Assembly (NCBI GenBank): GCA_963729895.1
Contig: CAVSQB010000016.1
Coordinates: 64,001-128,000, forward strand
DNA from: an uncultured Fibrobacterota bacterium
Lineage (GTDB): Bacteria; Fibrobacterota; Chitinivibrionia; Chitinivibrionales; FEN-1185
DNA: 64,000 bases
Direction of reading: 5' to 3'
Both the position numbers and the translations under genes were made by a program. Every line of letters starts with the position of its first letter. The stretch's first letter is position 1. Positions 35,547 through 46,178 of the stretch are shown one piece after another. The notes below the pieces were generated by a model. The model searched no databases. It was not told the DNA's origin and was given only the letters and a program-made list of their open reading frames with translations.

Positions 35547-38500
35547 CGGCACAATCCTCAAGGACGCCGGAGAAATTGATCTCACCCGCCACGGCGTAAT
35601 CGAGGCGCACGCAGGCGCCGGAAAGACCCATACCATCGTGGAAATGGTGCTTCGCATCCTTCTGGAGCCTGTCGCTACTGTCAATGGCGAACCGGCATTC
35701 AATCACATCCGTAACCTCCTGCTCGTAACCTTCACCGAAAAAGCCGCCGGTGAGCTTAAGAAACGGATCCGGCAAGGAATAGAAAAACGAATCGCCGAAC
35801 TTCTGCCCGACGGTTCGGTAACGAGCCCCGGGCTGAAACAGCACCTCGAAGACTGTCTCAACAACCTCCACGAATCGTTTATCGGCACCATCCACGGCGT
35901 GTGCCTGCGCCTGCTCCAGACGTGGCCTTTCGAAACCGGAGTACATTTCAAGACGGAGATAACGGATGATGCCGAAGGGCTGGCAGATGCGCTGCGGGAA
36001 TCGGTGCGCACCGACTGGCAGGATGAGAAGACCCTCATTCCGTGGGCGCTGGAGCGCTTGCAGGCGCAGGGAATGCATCTGAGCAAAAAACACTTCTCGC
36101 TCGTGTGTGAAATCGCGGAAACATTGCTGGACAAGGATAACACAGTTCTTGACAGAAGGTCATGCGAAAATTTCCGGCTCGGGAGTTTGAAAACTCTTTT
36201 TGATAAGGAGTTTTTGGCCCACCTGCCCGACTTCATGAAGCGTGTGGAACAGATCAAGAATTTCCTGGACGGGTTTGCGCCGGACGGCGCTTTTCATGAA
36301 AATGCAAAGACGGCCGTTGCATCCGCGAGAACGTGGGCCGGGAAAGTCCTTGCGGGAACGGTGCCGATTAGCCGAGAGGCCGTTGCGTCCCTGTCGAAAT
36401 TCAAGAAGCCCGATAGGAACGGCGTGATGAGACCCTGCGCCATCTGTGACGCCGCATTCAAAAAGACCGTGCAAGGGAGCGAACTCGGAAATCTTTTTGA
36501 ATCCTTGCAGAACCACCCATGCATTTCATCACTCACTGCAATCGAACGAAACCTCCCTCTCACCCTTCTCTGCGATGCGGCGGAGCTTCTCCGCGACCGG
36601 TGGGCAAACACCAAGCAGGAAAAGGGGCTCGTCTCCTTTCAGGACATGCTTCGCTTCATGTGCAAAGCGGTAACGGGCAATCCGAGGTTCTGCACCGCGC
36701 TTCGCCGACGGCTGCGCTACGGCATCATCGACGAGTTTCAGGATACGAGCATTTTGCAATGGAAAATATTCAAGCTCCTGTTTCTCGAAACGCCGGAAGA
36801 AAACGGCCCGCGGCTTTTTATCGTGGGCGACCCCAAGCAGTCGATATTCGCGTTCCAGGGCGCCGACGTGCAAAGCTACGTCGACGCAAAAAGCGCCATT
36901 GAAAGGGAAAAGGGGCGGGTATACGGATTGATACACAACTATAGGTCGCTGCCTGAAACCATAGCGGGCTGCAATGCGATTCTCAAACCGAACAAGGACG
37001 GGGACTGGTTTGCATTTGATACCGCCGCGCCAGGACGGGGCGCGATATCCTATCCTTCCGACACCGAAGGCGGAGCGCTTGCACAGGCGCCGGAAGGTCG
37101 CACCGCCAGACCCGGTGGTGAGCTGCCCTACAAGCCGGTGCAAATCATGGCACTTGAGGGAAACGCACCGAGACGCCTCGCCGACATGGCAAAATGGGCA
37201 AGCGTTGTAATCAGGTCCCTCACAGGAAAAACCATCTCGGTTCCCAAAGGGCTCGAGTGGGAAGCTGTCACGCTTGAATACAGGCATTTTGCGGTGATCG
37301 TGGAAAAACACCGTTTTGCCGTGCCTTTTCTGGAGCGATTCCAGGCAGACGGCATACCGGCTGCAAAGTACAAAATGGAAGGCGTGTTCCAGTCTCCTAT
37401 GGCGCGCGATCTGCACGCATTGCTGCGCGCGGTGGTGCACCCTGCGGGAGACCCGGCGCCGCGGCTTGCAGCACTTCTCACCCGGTTCTTCAACCGCCAC
37501 CCGGCCGCGATCAAGCCGGAATTGGACCTTGAACCCTGCGCAAAGCCCCGCATCGAATGCAACCGCGGCGGTTCCTGCATTTTCCATGCGTTGGAAGAAT
37601 GGGCTTTTCTTGCGTCACAACAGCTTTGGTCCCAGCTCTTTTGGAGCATACACGAGCGCACACGCGTACGCGAGCGCCTTGTCCGTCTGGTCGATGGGGA
37701 ACGACATCTGGCAGACCTGCGGCAGGTGAGCGATTATTGCATCGAGCAACTGTATCGCGGCGCCGTGAGCCTCGAGCAGCTTGTTGAGCGCCTGGGGCGC
37801 CTGCTTGCAGAAGAGGAATCCGCCGGCCGGGACAGGAACCTTTTTATGCTGGCAACAGATAAGTCAAGCGTGCGGGTTTTGACCGTGCATGCCGCCAAGG
37901 GGCTGCAGTTTCCGGTGGTCTTCGCAGTGACAGGCGGGTCGGAAAGCAGCAGGAAAGGCATGGGCACGCTCTGCTGGATCGAAAACCATGCACAGCGGGT
38001 GATGCCCGCACTTTCGTTCGGCAGGGATCTGTTGAAGGACCTGTTTGACGAAGAGGAAACAAGCATTCCTCCCGTTCTTCAAAGGAGGCAGGAGCGCCGC
38101 CGCCGCCTTTACGTCGCTCTTACCCGCGCGCAGGCAATGCTGTTTGTGCCCGCGCATTTACATGGGGAGCCCGACCGAGGAAACAGGGCCGCTTCCTGGG
38201 CCAAACGGCCTTTGCCTCCCAACCCGGACGACGACCTCACTCCACGGCTTCTTCAATTGCTTGACGATAAGGACCTGGAACGGAAGTACATTGATTTGTT
38301 TGACGGCGGCCGCTGGAAAACCGGGCCTGCCGAAAAGACCAATGAACCTCTTGACCATCTCGACCCGGCTTGGGTGCCGCCTCCCTCAGCCGAGGCGGCT
38401 TCGGATGAAATGGAAAAACGGATGCAGGCGCTTGACCTGCCCGGCCGCATCTGCCGGCAGACGAGTTACACCGAATTGAGCCGTGAAGCGGACTCCGACC

Positions 38501-39285
38501 GTGCAACCGACCACGGCGAAGAAGAAGACGAAACGGAACCCGCCGGCGCGTCGAATGCTCCCCCGCCCTTTTTGCCCGGCGGCAGGCAGACCGGCGACGC
38601 GCTGCACAGAGCAATCGAAGAACTGCTGGGGACGGACGACGTCAAGTCTTTGCCAACCGACACACAGCCTGTTTACACCGTTGTCAGAAAATATCTGGAC
38701 GGCAACGGAGTGCTGAGAGGCCTCAAGCACGAAACAGAATACACGCGGGCGGTTGAGGCCGGCGTTGAATATGTCAATGGCGCATTGACGACCTCTTTGC
38801 CGCTGCCCGGAGGCGGGACGGTAACCATCGCCGATCTGAAATGTGGGGACCGAATTCCGGAAATGGAGTTCTTCCTTGGAGTCTCTCCTCACTGGGTGCA
38901 CGGGTACATGGACCTTGTGTTCCGGCTCGAAAACGGAAATGCCCTGCACCCATGGCGGTATTTTGTTCTGGACTGGAAAAGTGACCGGCTTGAACAATTC
39001 GACGGGCAGCGGCTGGAAGCATTCATTCATGAGCGCCATTACGATCTTCAGTCGAAGATCTACTGCCATGCGCTTGACAAATATCTCGGGGGAATTCTGG
39101 GTGCGGCCTATGATCCGACGCAGAACCTGGGCGGCGCGGTCTATGTGTTTCTGAGAGGTTTCGGGACCGAAGCGCCCAAGGGTCAATGCCGCACGTGGAT
39201 ACGTCGTGCGAACCCCAAAGAAGATTCGAAGTTCACACAAGATCAACTAGACAATCTGATCGTCAAGAGATCCGGTCGGGCTTGA
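35539..39285 (+). CDS. recB: exodeoxyribonuclease V beta subunit
   Basis: AHAGAGKT, VTFTEKAA, IDEFQDT, VGDPKQSI, TVHAAKGLQF and LYVALTRA; nuclease GYMDLVF...DWKS...YDLQ. Confidence 0.93.
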   Translation: MSNGTILKDAGEIDLTRHGVIEAHAGAGKTHTIVEMVLRILLEPVATVNGEPAFNHIRNLLLVTFTEKAAGELKKRIRQGIEKRIAELLPDGSVTSPGLKQHLEDCLNNLHESFIGTIHGVCLRLLQTWPFETGVHFKTEITDDAEGLADALRESVRTDWQDEKTLIPWALERLQAQGMHLSKKHFSLVCEIAETLLDKDNTVLDRRSCENFRLGSLKTLFDKEFLAHLPDFMKRVEQIKNFLDGFAPDGAFHENAKTAVASARTWAGKVLAGTVPISREAVASLSKFKKPDRNGVMRPCAICDAAFKKTVQGSELGNLFESLQNHPCISSLTAIERNLPLTLLCDAAELLRDRWANTKQEKGLVSFQDMLRFMCKAVTGNPRFCTALRRRLRYGIIDEFQDTSILQWKIFKLLFLETPEENGPRLFIVGDPKQSIFAFQGADVQSYVDAKSAIEREKGRVYGLIHNYRSLPETIAGCNAILKPNKDGDWFAFDTAAPGRGAISYPSDTEGGALAQAPEGRTARPGGELPYKPVQIMALEGNAPRRLADMAKWASVVIRSLTGKTISVPKGLEWEAVTLEYRHFAVIVEKHRFAVPFLERFQADGIPAAKYKMEGVFQSPMARDLHALLRAVVHPAGDPAPRLAALLTRFFNRHPAAIKPELDLEPCAKPRIECNRGGSCIFHALEEWAFLASQQLWSQLFWSIHERTRVRERLVRLVDGERHLADLRQVSDYCIEQLYRGAVSLEQLVERLGRLLAEEESAGRDRNLFMLATDKSSVRVLTVHAAKGLQFPVVFAVTGGSESSRKGMGTLCWIENHAQRVMPALSFGRDLLKDLFDEEETSIPPVLQRRQERRRRLYVALTRAQAMLFVPAHLHGEPDRGNRAASWAKRPLPPNPDDDLTPRLLQLLDDKDLERKYIDLFDGGRWKTGPAEKTNEPLDHLDPAWVPPPSAEAASDEMEKRMQALDLPGRICRQTSYTELSREADSDRATDHGEEEDETEPAGASNAPPPFLPGGRQTGDALHRAIEELLGTDDVKSLPTDTQPVYTVVRKYLDGNGVLRGLKHETEYTRAVEAGVEYVNGALTTSLPLPGGGTVTIADLKCGDRIPEMEFFLGVSPHWVHGYMDLVFRLENGNALHPWRYFVLDWKSDRLEQFDGQRLEAFIHERHYDLQSKIYCHALDKYLGGILGAAYDPTQNLGGAVYVFLRGFGTEAPKGQCRTWIRRANPKEDSKFTQDQLDNLIVKRSGRA

Positions 39286-39290
39286 CGGAA

Positions 39291-41390
39291 ATGGAATCTG
39301 CAATGGAACTGCTGGAAGCGCTGGAAGCCTATCTTGTTGAAACCGGTCAGATCAATCCCCTGGCGCAGCGTCAGGCGCGCCTGCTATGCGGCTCCGTTGC
39401 GGATGAAACTCTTCAAAAAGAAGCGCGGATATTCCTGCTCCTCAATCTTGCCGCCCTTCATGCGGGAGCTCCTCGCGCGCCAAGGGATTTTCTCCTTGCA
39501 CCGTTGCGGCCCGATGTTGTTCAACGGTATGCCGAGGTTTACAGAAATGAACATCCGGGCTCCACACCCTCGTGGGAAGCCGTGCTCACCGATCCGGGCC
39601 CTAACAAGACGGTCTCCTCAACGCTGGACGAGGTATTACAAAGCCCCCGTCGTCTATCGCCCTTGACGGGAGAGGAACCTCCGGATGAAAACGCCGGCCA
39701 TCCGCTCCTGATTATCGGCAGGCGGCAGAACGCCCGCGCCGGATTTTCACGATACTGGCGCGCGGCGGCCGCTCTGGAAAAGGAAATGCTTGGACGATTG
39801 CATCAACCGACCGTTGCGCTGTCGGATGACACGGCTCGTGAGGCCGTGCGCTACGTATTCGGCGCCGGTTCCATCCTTGAAGGAAACCGCAGGTTTCACT
39901 ACCGTCAAGTGACCGCCGCTGCGCTCGCGCTCCGCACACGTTTCCTGATAATTTCGGGCGGCCCGGGATCCGGCAAGACAAGCGTGCTGACGCAGGTTCT
40001 CCGCACGCTTATGCATGCCTGTGGAGAAATAGAGCCGGACCGCATTGTGCTGTGCGCCCCTACCGGCCGCGCGAAAGCCAGGTTAGGCGACAGTATCGAC
40101 CGGGGAATCGGGTTTATCGAGAAGACAGGCTCCCCCGGCAACGCCAAAAGAAGAGCGCGCGACCTGAGCCTAAAAAATCTTGAGCGGAAAACCATTCACG
40201 GCCTCCTCGGTGCCAGGCCCGACAGCACCACGAAATACAACAGCGGAAACCCGCTTTCTTATCAGGTAATCGTAGTTGATGAAGCGAGCATGGTTGACCT
40301 GTGCCTTTTTGCTTCCCTCATGGAAGCCGCTGCTCCCGAATGCCGGATGCTGCTGGTGGGCGACATGCACCAGCTGCCTTCGGTGGAGGCCGGTGCGGTG
40401 CTCGGCGACCTCACCGATCACTTTGCAGGAACAGGCGGCACCCCTACCCTGACGGCGCGCACTGCCGACTGGGTGCGCAACATTGTCAAGGACGTCCCTG
40501 TTGACGGAGGGGGGGACGTCGGCGCGCCATCTCTTGTTCTGTCAACGCCCGCCGCGATCCAAAAGGCCGGGCGCCTTGCGGACCATGCAATTGTCCTTTC
40601 TCATTCTTACCGGTCGACAAAGGAAATCATGGCGTTTAGCGAGCAGATAAACTGCGGCGATGCCGGCAACGCCCTGCGGTCCATTAGCGAGAATGACGAC
40701 TCCACCGTCGTGACACTGGACACCGGCACAGGGATCGGCCCGATCAAAAACTGGCTGAACGACCGGTATTCCGGCGACACACTGCATCCGGTGAAATCGT
40801 TACGGGGCCTGGATGTTGACGCGGTCCGCGATCCCGGACACCGCGATCATGCTGCAACACTTTCCAGTCTCGATAATGCGTTCCGGCTTTTTGACGCATC
40901 TCGCATCCTCACTTTGGCTCACGGCGGACAGCGCGGACGGATTTCGATCAATTCCCTGGCAGACAGATTACTGCGCGCTGCATTGGATGAAGACGACAGG
41001 GAGCGGTTCTTTCATGGCCAGCAAGTGCTTCTCGGACAAAACCTGCCCGACCTCGATTTATATAATGGCGATATGGGAATGGTGGTTCACTCAAAAAATG
41101 CTGGACAAAAAGTGGTCTTTCGCCGCGGAACAAAGTATACAATTCACGCTCTCGAACGCATAGCCGGGCTTGAGTCCGCCTTCGCAATCACCGTTCACAA
41201 GTCGCAAGGTTCCGAATTCGACTCCGTGTTGCTGGTTTTGCCGGAATACAAAAGCCCCCTTCTCACCAGGCAGGTTTTGTACACCGGAATTACCAGGGCA
41301 AAAAACCGCATTCGCATCCTGGGGACAAAGCTGCAATTACAAACAGCAATTGAAACAAAGGAAGAAAGACCGGGCGGGCTGAACCTGTGA
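39291..41390 (+). CDS. recD: exodeoxyribonuclease V alpha subunit
   Basis: GGPGSGKT, APTGRA, VDEASMVD, GDMHQLPSVEAG, TVHKSQGSEF and LYTGITRA. Start may be TTG 39282. Confidence 0.93.
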   Translation: MESAMELLEALEAYLVETGQINPLAQRQARLLCGSVADETLQKEARIFLLLNLAALHAGAPRAPRDFLLAPLRPDVVQRYAEVYRNEHPGSTPSWEAVLTDPGPNKTVSSTLDEVLQSPRRLSPLTGEEPPDENAGHPLLIIGRRQNARAGFSRYWRAAAALEKEMLGRLHQPTVALSDDTAREAVRYVFGAGSILEGNRRFHYRQVTAAALALRTRFLIISGGPGSGKTSVLTQVLRTLMHACGEIEPDRIVLCAPTGRAKARLGDSIDRGIGFIEKTGSPGNAKRRARDLSLKNLERKTIHGLLGARPDSTTKYNSGNPLSYQVIVVDEASMVDLCLFASLMEAAAPECRMLLVGDMHQLPSVEAGAVLGDLTDHFAGTGGTPTLTARTADWVRNIVKDVPVDGGGDVGAPSLVLSTPAAIQKAGRLADHAIVLSHSYRSTKEIMAFSEQINCGDAGNALRSISENDDSTVVTLDTGTGIGPIKNWLNDRYSGDTLHPVKSLRGLDVDAVRDPGHRDHAATLSSLDNAFRLFDASRILTLAHGGQRGRISINSLADRLLRAALDEDDRERFFHGQQVLLGQNLPDLDLYNGDMGMVVHSKNAGQKVVFRRGTKYTIHALERIAGLESAFAITVHKSQGSEFDSVLLVLPEYKSPLLTRQVLYTGITRAKNRIRILGTKLQLQTAIETKEERPGGLNL

Positions 41391-41486
41391 GGCGGCGGAA
41401 ATCCCTTCTGGAAACCAACAGCGTCCGGACAAACGGATACCCCTAAAAATCCTCTTCGCCGGGCTCAGCGCAAACTGCATGCGCGG

Positions 41487-42062
41487 CTAGTCGAGAACAG
41501 GTACCCCCTGATAGTCCGGCGCGGGGCTGCCCTGGAATTCGCCGTATTCGATGTATTCGGCATCCTTGTGGTTGAGATACCAGATCTTGACATCGAACAG
41601 AAATTCCTTTGAAAGATCTGCCAGCATAAGAAGAATGGCATTTATCCTGGTATCCTTTTCGACGGCAGCGTAATTCAGGTAGAATTCCAATTCATCGGCT
41701 GCGATTTCATGGACAATATTGAATATGTCATGAAAATCGTCCTCAACTTCCGCCGTTTTCGGGAGTGTGCCGGCAACGGGGTCACTGACGGAATACTCCG
41801 ACGCCACTTCTATGCCTTGGCTGCGTGCGATCTTCTCGATTATCAGACGTTGAGCATCCTTTTTCACGCTCATGTACAGAAAGAAAGCCCTTTTGAGGCC
41901 ATCGCTGCAGGATGCTCCCTTTTCCTCAAAAAATTTGACCGCCTCAGACGCCCGCGTTACCGCCGAGACAAATATCCTCGAATAGTGCGAATCATCGTCG
42001 TGCGCGACGCGATCTTTGGCTTTGGGAACCTCATTGAAATTGCGCGCGTAAGTCTGTTTCAT
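41487..42062 (-). CDS. degenerate ferritin/rubrerythrin-like four-helix protein
   Basis: Two helical halves with A..FF and ELEFY...LA pattern; GGAGG RBS before ATG 42062; canonical ExxH motifs absent. Confidence 0.6.
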   Translation of the reverse strand: MKQTYARNFNEVPKAKDRVAHDDDSHYSRIFVSAVTRASEAVKFFEEKGASCSDGLKRAFFLYMSVKKDAQRLIIEKIARSQGIEVASEYSVSDPVAGTLPKTAEVEDDFHDIFNIVHEIAADELEFYLNYAAVEKDTRINAILLMLADLSKEFLFDVKIWYLNHKDAEYIEYGEFQGSPAPDYQGVPVLD

Positions 42063-42150
42063 TAAAATCCTCCGATGGTATTGTCCGCATTGTTGCATCC
42101 TGCTCCGTCCCAAGAGCAGTTAAATCACGTTCATCCATGTTTAAAAAAGC

Positions 42151-42165
42151 GCAATTCGTATGCCA
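42151..42165 (-). promoter_or_regulatory. sigma54 -24/-12 motif
   Basis: Minus strand TGGCATACGAATTGC, about 90 nt upstream of 42062. Confidence 0.65.
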
Positions 42166-42326
42166 ACAGGTTTTGGCCGGCAATTTTGAAACAATTTGAC
42201 TGCGGTATCCGATTTGCTATTTTATGTAATAAGGGAATTTCAAGAGATGGATAACGGCGCTCCCCACGCGTGCGTAGTGGGTCACAACCGGGTGGCCCGA
42301 TTACGAAAACAGGAAGAAGAACGATA

Positions 42327-42986
42327 ATGGTGAGAATGCGGGGCAAAATGGAGGAACAGGAAATTTCAAGCCCGGGCCGGTTAAAACAATGTGCGAAGGT
42401 CCTGTCCTTTATCGTGACCGCCTCGGGGCTCGCTGTCATGGCGGGGTGGATATTCGATATCGAAGCGTGCAAGAGCATCTCCCCGGCCTTTATCAGCATG
42501 AAATTTTCAACCGCATTCGCTTTCGTGATAAGCGGGATTTCTCTTTATTTTTTGGTAAGGGCCCATGAAGGAGAGATTGAAAAAGCCCAGGTTGCCCTTT
42601 CCATAACCTCGTTCACTCTTGCACTTCTCATGGGCCTGCTTCTCTCTTCCGCCGTCTTCGGCATAGACACCGGGATTGAAAGCCTGTTTGTGAGGGAAAT
42701 CGGCGGTGTGAAAAGCGTTGTGCCGGGCAGGCCGTCAATGCCCACCATGGTAAGCTTTCTGCTTATCGCCTTTGCGGGCATCCTTACCCTTCTCAATCCC
42801 GAAAGACCGGGCCCGAAATTCAAAATCACCGGCCTCACAGTATGCGCCGTTGGGGCGGTTGCTGTGGCAGGTTATGTTTTGAATGCTCCGCTGCTTTATT
42901 ATTATGTGCCGGCGGTCAACTCGGCGATGGCCATTCAAACAGCGCTGTTATTCGTCTTGTGCGGAATGGGTTTGGCATGTCTATAA
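42327..42986 (+). CDS. stand-alone multi-pass membrane sensor-like protein
   Basis: About six TMs with MKFSTA..F, PGRPS..T..SF and MAIQTA..F repeats; start uncertain (42327-42348). Confidence 0.7.
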   Translation: MVRMRGKMEEQEISSPGRLKQCAKVLSFIVTASGLAVMAGWIFDIEACKSISPAFISMKFSTAFAFVISGISLYFLVRAHEGEIEKAQVALSITSFTLALLMGLLLSSAVFGIDTGIESLFVREIGGVKSVVPGRPSMPTMVSFLLIAFAGILTLLNPERPGPKFKITGLTVCAVGAVAVAGYVLNAPLLYYYVPAVNSAMAIQTALLFVLCGMGLACL

Positions 42987-44884
42987 GAGCCAGGCTTACC
43001 GTTATCATTCTTGCGCTCGTTTCTCTTCCCTTGGTATTTGTGAGCGTCATCACCTTTTCGCGCTATCAAGATTCACTCACCACGAGCCGGTTGTCGCAGC
43101 TGCAGAGTCTGGCCCGATACAAGGCCGAAAAAATCGAGACATATTTTGAAGAATTGAAAAATACCCTCATCATGTCACAGAGATTCTTTAATGTTCGCCA
43201 GCACCTGTCTATTCTGGCCCGCTCATATAAGAACCCTCATGAAAGAGGGGCCGGCGCCGCCAAAGAAGCGCTCGACGGTCAGTTGATCAGGATGCAGAAA
43301 GTACTGGATCTTGCCGACATCATGCTCGCCGACAAGAACGGCACGATCGTTTATGTGAGCAACCCAGGCCACGACACGATGGACCTCTATAAGTCTCTCG
43401 AAGACATTTCACCGCAATCATTCAAACAGGGGAAAAAAGACGTTTACTTTTCCGATCCGTTCATCAACAAGGTCGTGCAAAACAAGCCCGAAATGCTGGC
43501 CATTGCCCCGGTTTCGGATTTAAACGGCGTCCCTGTCGGGACCATTATCTTTGAAATCGACATGGCGCCGATGTTCCGGCTGATTCAGGACACCGTCGGA
43601 CTTGGCGCCACGGGCGAAATTCTCATAGGAAAAAAATCCGGGGACCACATCGTTTATTTGAATCCCTTGAGGCATGATAAAACGCCGGTTATGACGAGAC
43701 GCGTTCGCATCGGAGGCAGCCAAGGCATTCCAATCCAGCACGCCGTTTCCGGCAACACGGGGATCGGCGAGTCGGTCGATTACCGGGGAAAAAAGGTAGT
43801 GGCCGCCTGGACGAATATCCCGTTCCTCGATTGGGGGCTTGTGGCCAAGATAGACGCGCAGGAAGAGTATGCCATCGTGACAAATCTGCAACGGATGATT
43901 GTCATGATACTGGCCGTTATCTTCCTTCTGGTGGTCGTTATAACGTATTCAGTCGCAAAATCTATTTCCGTTCCCATACAAAATCTTACCAAAGGCGCGG
44001 AAACAGTCGGGAGCGGGAACCTGGACTACAAGGTGGGGACCAACCTGAAAGACGAAATAGGCCGGCTCTCGCGCTCCTTCGACAAAATGACGCACGATCT
44101 GAAGGAGACGGTGGCATCGCGCGACGACCTGAATAGGGAAGTAGCGGTACGCAAGCAGGCGGAGGCGGCCCTGCGGCTGACGGCCGAAGACCTTACCCGC
44201 TCCAACAAAGACCTGGAGCAGTTCGCCTATGTTGCGTCGCACGATTTGCAGGAGCCGCTGCGGGCCGTTGCAGGTTTTGTGGGTCTGCTCAAAAAGCAAT
44301 ATTTTGACAAACTGGACGACCAGGCCCGGGAATACATCGATTTTTCGGTGGAAGGAGCGGAACGGATGCAGAGCCTCATCGAAGGCCTGCTCGCCTTCTC
44401 CCGCGTGGGAACCCGGGGCGGCGAGTTTGCCGCCATGGACGTGAAGAATGCCGTTGAGAGTGCGCTCAAGAGCCTCCGGGTCCTTATTGAAGAGAATAAT
44501 GCCGTTGTCACGTGCGATGCCATGCCCAAAATCTTTGCGGACCTGTCGCAGATCACACAGTTGTTCCAGAACCTCATCGCAAACGCAATCAAGTTCCACG
44601 GCCCCGCGCGGCCCGAGGTGTTTGTAGGCGCACAGCGGAAAGACCGCGCCTGGGAAATTTACGTGCGCGACAACGGGATCGGCATCGAACCGCAGTATTT
44701 CCAAAAGATATTCCTGATCTTCCAACGGCTCCACACCCGGTCGCGGTACCAAGGCACGGGCATCGGCCTTGCCGTGTGCAGAAAGATCGTGGAGCGCCAT
44801 GGCGGAGAAATATGGGTCGAATCCGCCCCCGGAAGCGGATCGACTTTTCACTTTACCATTCCTGACAAAGGAGAGAACGTATGA
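42977..44884 (+). CDS. sensor histidine kinase (Cache-like, HAMP, HisKA, HATPase)
   Basis: TM-periplasmic-TM, DYRG, DEIGRL, LEQFAYVASHDLQEPLR, NLIANAIKF, DNGIG and GTGIGLA. Confidence 0.92.
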   Translation: MSIRARLTVIILALVSLPLVFVSVITFSRYQDSLTTSRLSQLQSLARYKAEKIETYFEELKNTLIMSQRFFNVRQHLSILARSYKNPHERGAGAAKEALDGQLIRMQKVLDLADIMLADKNGTIVYVSNPGHDTMDLYKSLEDISPQSFKQGKKDVYFSDPFINKVVQNKPEMLAIAPVSDLNGVPVGTIIFEIDMAPMFRLIQDTVGLGATGEILIGKKSGDHIVYLNPLRHDKTPVMTRRVRIGGSQGIPIQHAVSGNTGIGESVDYRGKKVVAAWTNIPFLDWGLVAKIDAQEEYAIVTNLQRMIVMILAVIFLLVVVITYSVAKSISVPIQNLTKGAETVGSGNLDYKVGTNLKDEIGRLSRSFDKMTHDLKETVASRDDLNREVAVRKQAEAALRLTAEDLTRSNKDLEQFAYVASHDLQEPLRAVAGFVGLLKKQYFDKLDDQAREYIDFSVEGAERMQSLIEGLLAFSRVGTRGGEFAAMDVKNAVESALKSLRVLIEENNAVVTCDAMPKIFADLSQITQLFQNLIANAIKFHGPARPEVFVGAQRKDRAWEIYVRDNGIGIEPQYFQKIFLIFQRLHTRSRYQGTGIGLAVCRKIVERHGGEIWVESAPGSGSTFHFTIPDKGENV

Positions 44885-45336
44885 GTCCGATTAAGACCCG
44901 GCCAATCCAGATATTGTTGGTTGAAGACAGCCCGAGCGACGCGAGGTTGACCATATCGGCGCTCCAGCTTGCAAAGGTGGCAAACGAGTTGCACCACGTT
45001 GAGGACGGTGTGGAGGCGATGGAGTTTCTCAAGCGGCAGGGAAAGTACCAGAATTCACCGAGGCCGGACCTGATTCTGCTCGACCTCAACCTTCCCAAAA
45101 AAGATGGTCGGGAGGTTCTTGAAGAAATGAAAGTGGACGCGAAACTCAGCACCATCCCGGTGATTGTGCTGACCACGTCCAGCGCGGAAAAAGACGTCCT
45201 GCGGTCGTACCAGCTTCATGCAAATTGTTACGTCACCAAGCCGGTAAACTTCGACCGTTTCCTTGAATGCGTCCGGTCCATAGAACACTTCTGGCTGTCG
45301 GTGGTGGTGCTGCCTACAGAGGAGAATAACCATTGA
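44881..45336 (+). CDS. single-domain response regulator (Rcp1-like)
   Basis: LLVED, LLDLNLP, LTTS, ANCYVTKP and FW; ATGA overlap with the kinase. Confidence 0.92.
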   Translation: MSPIKTRPIQILLVEDSPSDARLTISALQLAKVANELHHVEDGVEAMEFLKRQGKYQNSPRPDLILLDLNLPKKDGREVLEEMKVDAKLSTIPVIVLTTSSAEKDVLRSYQLHANCYVTKPVNFDRFLECVRSIEHFWLSVVVLPTEENNH

Positions 45337-45387
45337 CCGTTGCGGCGCAATCAATGATTCCCCTGGCGCAATCCGTAAACGTCGGGT

Positions 45388-45768
45388 TCAAACTATTCCC
45401 ATCGAGGCAATCAGCTGCTTTACTTTCTGGGGGGAGACCGGTTTTTCGAGGTAGAAATGCGCTCCGAGCGAAAAGACCTTTTCTTTGGTTTTTTCGTCGC
45501 CGTAGGCGGTCATGACGATAATTCTGCATTCCTTTTGTTTTTCGGCCACGGTTTGAATAACGGCATAACCGTCGTCGCTCGTGTCACCGCTCAGCCTGAG
45601 GTCTGCGATAACGGCATCGTAGGGATTATGTTCTATGAGGTCCAATGCCTGACCGAGCGTTGCCGCAGAGTGTATGTCCAGGCCTGGAGCGGCAAGTACT
45701 TTTGTAAATGCGAACAAAATCGCTTCTTCGTCATCCACTACTAAAATCTTCTTGGGTGCGTTATTCAT
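45388..45768 (-). CDS. single-domain response regulator
   Basis: LVVDDE, IADLRL, MTAY and YLEKP. Confidence 0.9.
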   Translation of the reverse strand: MNNAPKKILVVDDEEAILFAFTKVLAAPGLDIHSAATLGQALDLIEHNPYDAVIADLRLSGDTSDDGYAVIQTVAEKQKECRIIVMTAYGDEKTKEKVFSLGAHFYLEKPVSPQKVKQLIASMGIV

Positions 45769-45856
45769 TCCTTCTTTTCCTTAATGAAGATATGCAATCA
45801 CTTCGGGAGAGCTTTGCACAGGCGCACCAAAATGACGCCCCTCACCTATCATTATC

Positions 45857-45871
45857 GCAATACTCTTGCCA
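45857..45871 (-). promoter_or_regulatory. sigma54 -24/-12 motif
   Basis: Minus strand TGGCAAGAGTATTGC upstream of 45768. Confidence 0.6.
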
Positions 45872-46021
45872 AAACGTCCAATGTTTCCAATTGCTGCGTA
45901 ATGCGGTCGATTTCCCTCAAAAAATGGCTTGTGATTCTTAAAACCGGCAACCAGTCTTCCCATTAGCGAAACAAAAGAGATCGCTTTGCCGCCCGAAGAA
46001 CCTCAAAGCATTGCAGTCGTC

Positions 46022-46036
46022 TGGCATGCCTATTGC
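46022..46036 (+). promoter_or_regulatory. sigma54 -24/-12 motif
   Basis: TGGCATGCCTATTGC upstream of 46179. Confidence 0.62.
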
Positions 46037-46178
46037 GGTTTTTAACCGTCATGACCAAAAGGATGTGCAGAGTTTCCAAGCAGTTTGAGGTTCACCTCCC
46101 GGTCGCGGAGCCAAAGACCGTCTGGCCGGGGTTCAGTGAAGGTTGTTGTAAGGCGGGAATGGAGAACGGAGGTCAGGT

